From positions 1-11,649 of the forward strand of contig JBECKX010000070.1 in assembly GCA_040235515.1 (NCBI GenBank): a DNA stretch of 11,649 nt, read 5' to 3'. The position numbers were made by a program, and so were the translations under genes. Source of the DNA: Candidatus Zixiibacteriota bacterium (GTDB lineage: Bacteria; Zixibacteria; MSB-5A5; CAIYYT01). Shown here one piece after another: positions 1 to 6,686 of this stretch. Within the stretch, counting starts at the first letter, position 1, and every line of letters starts with the position of its first letter. Below the pieces are notes generated by a model. It had not been told where the DNA came from, did not search any database, and worked only from the letters and a program-made list of their open reading frames with translations.

Positions 1-533
1 CGCAGATGTTCGATTTTGTCGAAGATCAGATTACGCGATTGCGGATCAACCCCCACTGTTGGTTCGTCGAAAAACAAGACTTGAGGGTCATGCACCAGTG
101 CGCAGACCAGATTGAGGCGACGTTTCATCCCCCCCGAGAAGGTCTTCACTCGGTCCTTCTTCCGCTCCGTCAGACCGGCCAGGTCGAGAGCCCACGCTAC
201 CCTTTCATCCAACCGCTTGCCTGAGAGCCCATACAGCCTCCCGAAGAAGGTTACATTTTCAGCCGCGGTTAGTTCTTCGTAGATTGCCAGCGCCTGCGGT
301 GAGTTTCCGAGTTGCCTTCTGGCCGATGAATCCTGCGGATCGCCAATGCCATCGAACTGAATCGAGCCACCGTCCGGCTTCAATACCCCCACCATCATGT
401 TGATCGTCGTGCTCTTGCCGGCGCCATTGGGTCCGAGCAAACCGAACACTTCCCCCTTCTTGATCTCAAAGGTGATATCATCGACGGCAGTGATGTTGCC
501 GAATCGTTTGGTAAGGCTGGTGACTTTGATCAT
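1..533 (-). CDS. ABC transporter ATP-binding protein (ABC-2/drug-exporter type), truncated by the window edge at its 3' end
   Basis: Translated by hand from ATG at 533: MIKVTSLTKRFGNITAVDDITFEIKKGEVFGLLGPNGAGKSTT (Walker A), FSGGMKRRL (signature), LFFDEPTVGVDPQSR (Walker B/D-loop). Absent from the ORF track because its stop lies outside the window. An alternative GTG start at 551 is possible. Confidence 0.95.
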   Translation of the reverse strand, partial: MIKVTSLTKRFGNITAVDDITFEIKKGEVFGLLGPNGAGKSTTINMMVGVLKPDGGSIQFDGIGDPQDSSARRQLGNSPQALAIYEELTAAENVTFFGRLYGLSGKRLDERVAWALDLAGLTERKKDRVKTFSGGMKRRLNLVCALVHDPQVLFFDEPTVGVDPQSRNLIFDKIEHL

Positions 534-737
534 GCAAGCTAAACTGTTCACGCAGAGACTGCCTGCGTCAAATGCGAAGTTAACCTACCAGGGCTTCGAT
601 ATCCAGACGTTTGTGAAAATAGTGCCCTGCTTCAGGGTTAGTTACGAAATCAGACAAACGATGTTGCAGACGTTGCGCGCTGGCTGCTTCAGTGTATCTT
701 TAAGACAATTGACTGATTTGAGTGAAAGGCCGTTGCT

Positions 738-1412
738 ATGACCGATACACACTACCCCTCCATCCCCCTCCCCGACTACAAGGAATATCCCGCCGAGGAA
801 ATGATCCGCCGCTCCCGGGAATTTTATGAAGAAATCAAACGCCGGCGCACCGTGCGCGAGTTTTCCCGTCGGGAAGTACCGCTGGAAGTGATCCAGAACT
901 GCCTGAGAGCCGCCGGCACAGCTCCGAACGGCGCTAACATGCAACCGTGGCACTTCGTCGTCGTGACCGATCAGGAGATGAAGAAGAAAATTCGTGCGGC
1001 GACAGAAGAGGTCGAGAAGGAATTTTACGAGAAGCGCGCCCCCGACTACTGGCTCGAAGCACTCGCTCCGCTCGGTACCGATGCCAACAAACCATATATC
1101 GAGGATGCGCCGGTATTGATCGCCATCTTCACGCAGTTGCATACCGTGATGCCGGATGGGAGCAAGAAGAAGCACTACTATCTTGCCGAGTCGGTCGGGA
1201 TCGCTACCGGTATGCTGATTACCGCGCTCCATCATTGCGGTTTGGTAACCCTGACTCATACTCCCCAGCCGATGCGCTACTTGCGCGAAATCCTGGGCCG
1301 CCCCAAACATGAGTCGCCATACCTGTTGCTCGTCGCCGGCTACCCCTCGGAGGATTGCAGGGTGCCTGTCATCGAGAAGAAACCACTGGAAGAGATCGCG
1401 ACTTTTATCTGA
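738..1412 (+). CDS. Iodotyrosine deiodinase-like flavoprotein (nitroreductase superfamily)
   Basis: RRRTVREFS and [15 protein letters not shown] nitroreductase motifs, plus IYD-type lid EEVEKEFY...[16 protein letters not shown] and KHYY...SVGIATG...LTHTP. Confidence 0.88.
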   Translation: MTDTHYPSIPLPDYKEYPAEEMIRRSREFYEEIKRRRTVREFSRREVPLEVIQNCLRAAGTAPNGANMQPWHFVVVTDQEMKKKIRAATEEVEKEFYEKRAPDYWLEALAPLGTDANKPYIEDAPVLIAIFTQLHTVMPDGSKKKHYYLAESVGIATGMLITALHHCGLVTLTHTPQPMRYLREILGRPKHESPYLLLVAGYPSEDCRVPVIEKKPLEEIATFI

Positions 1413-1516
1413 TATTCCCGAAATTGTGCCGTCGCTGTATCGTGACATCCGTATCACAATTGGACGCAGAGGAAGACCAGACGGAAATCTTCACCTACGG
1501 AAGATTTACAGGCCGC

Positions 1517-1550
1517 AAAGAGAGTCAGAAGATTTCTGCTCTCTTTTTTT
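1517..1550 (+). terminator. Intrinsic terminator downstream of the deiodinase gene
   Basis: aaagagag-t-cagaa [gat] ttctg-ctctcttt hairpin running into a T tract. Confidence 0.7.
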
Positions 1551-1605
1551 ATTGGTCCTGCCTTGCAAGCCAAGATCCGCACCACTGCATTACAGAGGAA
1601 CTGAT

Positions 1606-1639
1606 AAAAAAAGAAGCTCGGCGCATGCTTCCGAGCTCC
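1606..1639 (-). terminator. Intrinsic terminator for glnA and/or the candidate sRNA
   Basis: Minus strand GGAGCTCGG-aagcatgcg-CCGAGCTTC followed by T7. Confidence 0.85.
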
Positions 1640-1807
1640 CCGATGCGGGCCAACCGATGTGGAGGTTTTCGGTCGGTCGAACGAAACGCTTTCCTGAAAA
1701 ACCCTCCTGCTGGTATCCAGGTCAACGCTCGGTGAGGAACAAGTTACGGGAATTGCTGATGAAGGCTGCGGTTCAGGTAGCCTCCTTAGCAGATTCGATC
1801 ACTCACC
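1606..1807 (-). ncRNA. Candidate structured small RNA (~200 nt), family not recognised
   Basis: Bounded by a sigma70-like promoter (1840-1812) and a terminator (1639-1606). Two long imperfect hairpins (1807-1731 and 1726-1649). No credible ORF on this strand. Confidence 0.5.
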
Positions 1808-1811
1808 TGTT

Positions 1812-1840
1812 AAGATAGAGGCACCCCTGATTTTTAGCAA
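1812..1840 (-). promoter_or_regulatory. Sigma70-type promoter just downstream of the glnA stop
   Basis: TTGCTA (1840-1835), 17 nt, TATCTT (1817-1812). Same -10 hexamer as the putative glnA promoter. Confidence 0.55.
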
Positions 1841-1873
1841 CCCCTCATCCAAGTTTGCCCCGCGACCATCCCC

Positions 1874-3286
1874 CTAGCAGTCGTAGTAAAGCTCAAACTC
1901 ACCCGCTGTCGGCTGGTTCGCTATCCGGCCGAACTCGCCGGTCTTGTGAGTAACCCACGCATCGAGCAGATCCTCAGTGAATACTCCGCCCTCAAGCAGA
2001 TAGTTGTTGTCCTTTTTCAGCGCGTCAAGGACACGATCCAGCGAAGTTGGTAGCAAATGAATCTTCTCCAACTCAGCTTTGGGGAGTTCATCCAGATTCC
2101 TATCGAGCGCCGGACCGGGGTCGATCTTGTTCTTGATACCATCCAACCCCGCCATCGCCATCGCCGCGAAGCCAAGATATGGATTCATCGTGGCATCCGG
2201 GGGACGGAACTCAAACCGCATCACATGCGGATCCCTGATATATCCCGGTATGCGAATACACGCCGTGCGGTTGCCGACCGAGTATGTTCCCGCAATCGGA
2301 GCCTCAAACCCCGGCACCATTCGTTTAAAGGAATTGGTGGATGGATTCGTGAATGCCAGAATCGAGTCGACATGCTTCAACACACCACCGATGTAATGCA
2401 GCCCAAGATCGGAGAACCTGTTCGCTCCTTTGGCGTCAAAGAAGATCGACTTCTTCGCTTTGGCGAGGAACTGATGCACATGCAGCCCCGAACCCGGCTC
2501 ATTGAAGAGTGGCTTCGGCATAAATGTCACTGACTTGTGCGAGCGAAACGCCTCATTCTTGATGATATACTTGGTCATCATCGCGTTGTCCGCCATCTTC
2601 AATAGCGGCGCGAACTGTAGCTCGATCTCATGCTGTCCCCAGCCGCCAACTTCATGGTGGTGGTACTTCAAACCAATGCCGACCTGCGCCATCACTGTCG
2701 CAATCTGTGATCTCAGATCGAATGTACGATCCTGCGGCGGCGCGGCATGGTAACCCTTCTTGTAGCCGATCTTATGACCAAGATTGTCTGATTCATGCGG
2801 ATCAACGGCGCCAGCCTCGACCGACTTGATCTCGTAGTAAGCCAGACCCGGCTCCTGGCGGTAGTCGGCGCGATCAAAAACGTAGAATTCAAACTCCGGC
2901 CCGAACATCGCTTCGACACCCTTCATCTTTGAGGCGATATATTCCTCGGCTGCTGTTGCCACGCGTCGTGGACAGCGTGAGAAGCGGGTGACTTCATCAG
3001 CTGATTCCATGATGTTGCCCAGGAACGAGATCGTCGAGTGCTCATAGAATGGCTCAACGAATGCCGTTGCCGGATCAGGGAGCAGAATCAAGTCGCCGCG
3101 TTCGATGCGGGTGAAACCGGGCAGCGAGGAGCCATCGATCCCTACACCATTTTCGAATAGTTTGGCTTTGAGCGAATCGATCGGCAGCGTGATATGGTGC
3201 CACCCCCCTTGCAGGTCACAGAACTTGATATCGATGAATTGCGCACCAGATTGCTTGGCCAGCGCGCGGATTTCTTCCAGTTTCAT
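1874..3286 (-). CDS. glnA: Glutamine synthetase type I (470 aa)
   Basis: Motifs IDGSS, GPEFEF, HHHEV..GQHEI, TFMPKP..GSGLHVH, KRMVPGFEAP, GNRTACIRIP, RFEFRPPDATMNPYL. Start reassigned to ATG 3286 (MKLEE) because AGGAG lies just upstream. Confidence 0.97.
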   Translation of the reverse strand: MKLEEIRALAKQSGAQFIDIKFCDLQGGWHHITLPIDSLKAKLFENGVGIDGSSLPGFTRIERGDLILLPDPATAFVEPFYEHSTISFLGNIMESADEVTRFSRCPRRVATAAEEYIASKMKGVEAMFGPEFEFYVFDRADYRQEPGLAYYEIKSVEAGAVDPHESDNLGHKIGYKKGYHAAPPQDRTFDLRSQIATVMAQVGIGLKYHHHEVGGWGQHEIELQFAPLLKMADNAMMTKYIIKNEAFRSHKSVTFMPKPLFNEPGSGLHVHQFLAKAKKSIFFDAKGANRFSDLGLHYIGGVLKHVDSILAFTNPSTNSFKRMVPGFEAPIAGTYSVGNRTACIRIPGYIRDPHVMRFEFRPPDATMNPYLGFAAMAMAGLDGIKNKIDPGPALDRNLDELPKAELEKIHLLPTSLDRVLDALKKDNNYLLEGGVFTEDLLDAWVTHKTGEFGRIANQPTAGEFELYYDC

Positions 3287-3313
3287 GATGTCGTCTCCTA
3301 TCAGCACCACGTT

Positions 3314-3329
3314 TGTGATATATTTCACA
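3314..3329. promoter_or_regulatory. TGTGA-N6-TCACA operator (CRP/FNR-family or Rex-like)
   Basis: tgtga-tatatt-tcaca with perfect half-sites, between the putative glnA promoter and RBS. Confidence 0.6.
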
Positions 3330-3342
3330 TTTTCGCTCAATC

Positions 3343-3370
3343 AAGATAATCTGACGCGTGATTTTGGCAA
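3343..3370 (-). promoter_or_regulatory. Putative sigma70 promoter of glnA
   Basis: TTGCCA (3370-3365), 16 nt, TATCTT (3348-3343). Confidence 0.5.
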
Positions 3371-3408
3371 GTGAAATAGGTGGTACTGGCCCGTGGTCCG
3401 GACATGGC

Positions 3409-3500
3409 CGGGTGCCCCACCGCTCTGCGGTGGGAAGTTTCGTAGGTCAAGCCCTCTTGGGGCTTGACACACTGCAGGGGTCAGACATTCCTGCCTGACA
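3409..3500 (+). repeat. Three different REP-like palindromes in tandem
   Basis: cgggtgccccaccgctctgcggtggga (3409-3435, inverted copy at 10301-10326); gtaggtcaagccctcttggggcttgac (3442-3468, exact reverse complement at 9765-9791); tgcaggggtcagacattcctgcctgaca (3473-3500, diverged inverted copy at 10017-10045). Confidence 0.85.
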
Positions 3501-3501
3501 T

Positions 3502-3757
3502 GTCGCCGTAAGGGCGAGTGGTACTCGCCCATGTTGATGAGGAAGGGCGAATACCATTCGCCCCTACAAAAAAACCGCCAGACGACGGCTGGCGGTCACA
3601 GAAATAGCTTTCGCTGTTGTGCGCGGCGTACTTCCTCGTGCGCCGCGAGTGTTCGTACTCTCGGGTACCCAGGTGGACCCGACCTACTGCAGGAATCCAG
3701 TGGCAGGTCTCGCTCTCTTCTGCTTCGCATCAGCAGCTAAGACCAGCCACAACATTA
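3502..3757 (+). repeat. 256-bp direct repeat, copy 1 (array of palindromes)
   Basis: Aligns without gaps to 3884-4139 (offset 382), 16 mismatches by manual count. Includes the inverted REP doublet gtaagggcgag...attcgcccctac at 3508-3567. Confidence 0.95.
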
Positions 3758-3776
3758 ACGACCGCAACTTGTCCGT

Positions 3777-3852
3777 GTGCCCGCGACCTTGGTCGCGGCA
3801 TCAGATATCTACATATTCTGCTCGATCTCCGCGACCAAGGTCGCGGCCACCC
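3777..3852. repeat. Inverted doublet of palindromes (REPIN-like) between the two direct-repeat copies
   Basis: ccgcgaccttggtcgcgg (3781-3798) and its reverse complement ccgcgaccaaggtcgcgg (3829-3846). Confidence 0.85.
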
Positions 3853-3883
3853 ACTACCCGGCGCTCGACTCACATACTTACAG

Positions 3884-4139
3884 GTCGCCGTAGGGGCGAG
3901 TGGCACTCACCCATGTTGATGAGGAAGGGCGAATACCATTCGCCCCTACAAACTAACCGCCAGACGACGGCTGGCGGTCACAGAAATAGTTTTCGCTGTT
4001 GTGCGCGGCGTACTTCCTCGTGCGCCGCGAGTGTTCGTACTCTCGGGTTCCCAGGTGAACCCGTTCTACTGCAAGAATCCAGTGGCAGGTCTCGCTTTCT
4101 TCTGCTATGCATCAGCAGCAAAGACCTGCCACAACATTA
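3884..4139 (+). repeat. 256-bp direct repeat, copy 2
   Basis: See copy 1. GTAG...CTAC doublet at 3890-3949. Confidence 0.95.
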
Positions 4140-4308
4140 TGAATTGGGAGCCTGCGACTCCCCTGGGGGGAAGGACCCACCTTGGAATGGAAAAGCCCTT
4201 GCGGCTCGAATCGGTCATCCGAAGTCGACGCTAGTGGTACCCCCAGCGCCGGAACCGAGCGGCATCATCAAGCCGTCCCACTATCACCCTTTTGAAATTT
4301 CTGTATGC

Positions 4309-4950
4309 CTACCCGTCCGCCTTGCGGATATCGGTAGAGTAGCCCGGGAATGTGTCCGCCTCCGGGCTGATATATTTTTTCGCGTTGTTGACCGCCATCG
4401 CGGCTTCGGCTGTTGCCATCGCGATGAAATTCAACTCACGCGCCTTGCTGATCACGTCACCGCACGCAAATAGTCCCGGCACTCCGGCATTCATGCGCGC
4501 ATCGACCGCGATACCCTGATCATTGATCGTGACCCCGGCTTTCTTGAGCGCATTCAGCAACTCCGGGCTCTTCTTGGCGACATTCTCTTCGACACCAAGC
4601 GCCAGCACCACCGCTTTGGAACGATGCTCACCCTTATCGGTCTTAAGGGTCCAGATCTCGGTTGTGGCGTCGAAATTCAAGTCGATTACCTTTTCCTTGA
4701 GGCAGATCTTATGGTTATACATCGCAGCCTGCTCGATGAAATTCTCCGCAAGCTTCTTCGCGGTAATCAACACATACCCGGCAACATCGCGCAGCACTTC
4801 GTTCGGGTACTCATGAATCAGCGCACCACCCAGCTCGCCGGTTGCCTCGATGATCTTGGTCTTGGCATCACGCAACCCGGCATAGAACGACGCGAACAAT
4901 CCCGCCGGCCCGCCGCCGATAATCGTTATCTCAAAAACATCATTTGTCAT
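4309..4950 (-). CDS. YumC/TrxR-type ferredoxin-NADP reductase homolog, FAD-binding domain only (213 aa)
   Basis: ITIIGGGPAGLFASFYAGLR..KIIE...LGG.L...YP...DVAG at the N-terminus and GLFACGD...IA....EAAMAVNNAKKYISP...PGYST at the C-terminus match YumC-type FNRs. No second GGGDS Rossmann motif. Start ATG 4950 with AGGAG RBS. Confidence 0.88.
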   Translation of the reverse strand: MTNDVFEITIIGGGPAGLFASFYAGLRDAKTKIIEATGELGGALIHEYPNEVLRDVAGYVLITAKKLAENFIEQAAMYNHKICLKEKVIDLNFDATTEIWTLKTDKGEHRSKAVVLALGVEENVAKKSPELLNALKKAGVTINDQGIAVDARMNAGVPGLFACGDVISKARELNFIAMATAEAAMAVNNAKKYISPEADTFPGYSTDIRKADG

Positions 4951-4988
4951 TGATTTTCTCCTCGATCCTTCCAATCGCCAGGCCGGGT

Positions 4989-5486
4989 CTATTCTTCAAG
5001 CATTGCCGAATCGTCGTAGGTGAACCAATGGATATTCCCGCGCAAGCCTTCACGTTCAGCCATCAGCATGTTGAAATGGCCATCCTCTTCGGCGACCAAC
5101 TCCGCAAACACCTTGCGCGTCGCCGGGTTGTCGGTCTTATCCTCGCCCTTCTTGTAGTGGACGGCGGTAAGGCGTTCTGCTTCAATGGCAAGCTCTAACA
5201 GCCGAAACTTGTCAGCTTCCTCAAGCGGCTTATCTCCGAACGCATCCTTGAAAATTGCCAGCCCCTCAGCGGGAAGGTCTGTCGGCTCGGTGCCGAGGTG
5301 CTGTTTGTAAAGCTCACGCAGACGGCGTTCATGGCTGACCTCATCGGTTGCCAATGCCTCGATTTTCTTACGCGCTTCCGGATTCTTTATCTTTTGCGCC
5401 AGCGCGGAATAGAACTTCTGTCCCTCGATTTCGGTCTTGATACCGATCTTGATGATATCTGCGATATCCTTGTTTACATCAGACAT
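4989..5486 (-). CDS. Ferritin-like (rubrerythrin-family) di-iron protein without a rubredoxin domain
   Basis: Two E-x6-Y...E-x2-H repeats: TEIEGQKFY...DEVSH and AERLTAVHY...EEDGH. Confidence 0.9.
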   Translation of the reverse strand: MSDVNKDIADIIKIGIKTEIEGQKFYSALAQKIKNPEARKKIEALATDEVSHERRLRELYKQHLGTEPTDLPAEGLAIFKDAFGDKPLEEADKFRLLELAIEAERLTAVHYKKGEDKTDNPATRKVFAELVAEEDGHFNMLMAEREGLRGNIHWFTYDDSAMLEE

Positions 5487-5529
5487 TCTAGTGGCTCCAT
5501 CAAATCAATAAGAGTAACTAATCTTCCAA

Positions 5530-5925
5530 TCAGCCAGCCTGCTTTCCGAGTGCTCTGATCGCGGCAAGCGTCTTTTTCCATACCTGCTCGACCATGTTCG
5601 AACAGTGCGACTTATCCTCGGCAGTGCCTTTGCGCACGCGCCGGAGTACGCCCTCGACCGATTCCTCAGCCTGTTCAGGCGTCTTGCCTTTGATCGCTTC
5701 GGTGACCATCGATGCGGTAGCGACGGCAACGGCGCAGCCGAGTGAACGAAACGCCGCATCGATGATTTTGCCGGCTTCAAGACGCACAGCGAGGACGATA
5801 TTGTCACCGCAGACATCGTTTACCTGTTCGATTTCGAGGGTAGCATCTTTGAGGTCGCCTGAGTTGCGTGGGTGGAGGAAGTGATCCATCACCTCATCGG
5901 AATAAAGCGATCGCTCAGGCGCCAT
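5530..5925 (-). CDS. iscU: IscU/NifU-N-type Fe-S cluster scaffold protein
   Basis: YSDEVMDHFLHPRNSG, CGD, FRSLGCAVAVATASM, IKGKT and HC: three Cys plus Asp and His conserved. GAGGGAG RBS. Confidence 0.92.
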   Translation of the reverse strand: MAPERSLYSDEVMDHFLHPRNSGDLKDATLEIEQVNDVCGDNIVLAVRLEAGKIIDAAFRSLGCAVAVATASMVTEAIKGKTPEQAEESVEGVLRRVRKGTAEDKSHCSNMVEQVWKKTLAAIRALGKQAG

Positions 5926-6054
5926 CCGTGAAACTCCCTCGACGGTTCATCCCCCGCTCATCCCCCGTAACCACAGGCGCCAATTTAATCAATCCGCGAC
6001 GTAAAAGGGGAACTTTCTGGAGATTTTTATCCTTGAGCCGCCGACCGGCGACTG

Positions 6055-6089
6055 CGACGAGATTTGAAGTGGCTTCTAAACCTCGATCG
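6055..6089 (-). promoter_or_regulatory. Stem-loop positioned like a bacterial SECIS element
   Basis: Minus strand cga-t-cgaggttt-a-gaag[cca]cttc-aaatctcg-tcg, beginning 16 nt after the TGA at 6108-6106, with the apical loop about 32-33 nt downstream of it. Confidence 0.45.
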
Positions 6090-6519
6090 TCTTGCTTTGC
6101 GTCCCTCAGCCACCCTTGCAACCGGCACATGCCTTGATCTGCTCGGTGATAATATCGACGTCGATCTCGGCATCGATGATCATCTGATCGCCGTCGTAGT
6201 ATACATCGGCCACCGCACAGGGACTACCCGCCCCGCCCGGCTGCCGTCCCGTAAGAACCTCAAGGGTTGCCTGTACCGCAAAGAGGTGCTTTAGCTGCAG
6301 GAATTCAAGGATCTCATCATCGGTGTCGAGTGTGTGCGAGAATTCATGCGCATCGATCTCAAGCAACTCCTCAACTGACAATCCCTTGAGGAGACTCAGG
6401 ATCAGAGAGTTCTGCCCCACTCCCTGCCCGCAAGTCTTCTTGATAAACTGATATTCTGTCAGTCGGTCCGCTTCATCCAGTTTCAGTTGGATTAACTCGA
6501 CCACGCTCTCACACGGCAT
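6076..6519 (-). CDS. Hypothetical IscU/SufU-fold-like protein with Cys-rich tail; possible selenoprotein (ends at 6106 if TGA is a true stop)
   Basis: 137-aa ORF ends ...IKACAGCKGG-TGA. Readthrough adds U-GTQSKTIEV to TAG at 6078-6076. The N-terminal half aligns with the adjacent IscU. Confidence 0.7.
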
Positions 6520-6686
6520 GTATCACAACACTTTCGACTAATCAATTGGCTGCGTTCAAATTATTCCTTTATAGATACGCCCGGTCGGCATTTATCGTCA
6601 AGGGGATTCTGTTCTTTGCAGCGTCGCATTTGCTATATTTACAACAGATTCAGCCAATTGGCTATCTTTGCCGATAATTTAGTCGT

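Noticed and set aside
642..1457. 271-aa minus-strand ORF (similarly 397-741 +, 2057-2533 +, 10450-11337 + and other overlapping ORFs)
   Set aside because: Antisense or alternative-frame shadows of well-supported genes.
1606..1807. 6S RNA, SRP RNA or tRNA-Sec identity for the candidate RNA
   Set aside because: No end-to-end rod with a central bubble, no SRP GGAA-loop motif and no cloverleaf seen.
1309..1818. ORFs 1309-1818 and 1355-1735 (+)
   Set aside because: They overlap the deiodinase end, run through two terminators and show no protein-like motifs.
3287..3340. Longer N-termini in the ORF track (glnA 3340, reductase 4974, moxR 11370)
   Set aside because: Downstream ATGs (3286, 4950, 11367) have well-placed SD sequences and fit family N-termini.
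3400..4290. Repeat region as a CRISPR array, or ORFs 3619-4473, 3531-3740, 3617-3919 and 4001-4234 as genes
   Set aside because: No constant repeat with unique regular spacers and no cas genes. The ORFs are translations of GC-rich palindromes and the duplication, with no recognisable domain.
5953..5977. Short tandem GGGGGATGA x2 upstream of iscU
   Set aside because: Too short to distinguish from chance, and no function is supportable.
6094..6105. GGGACGCAAAGC on the minus strand resembles the core of a c-di-GMP-I riboswitch
   Set aside because: No upstream GGCAAA/GAAA-tetraloop stem or downstream receptor is visible, and the 5' half would lie in coding sequence. A cmscan would settle it.
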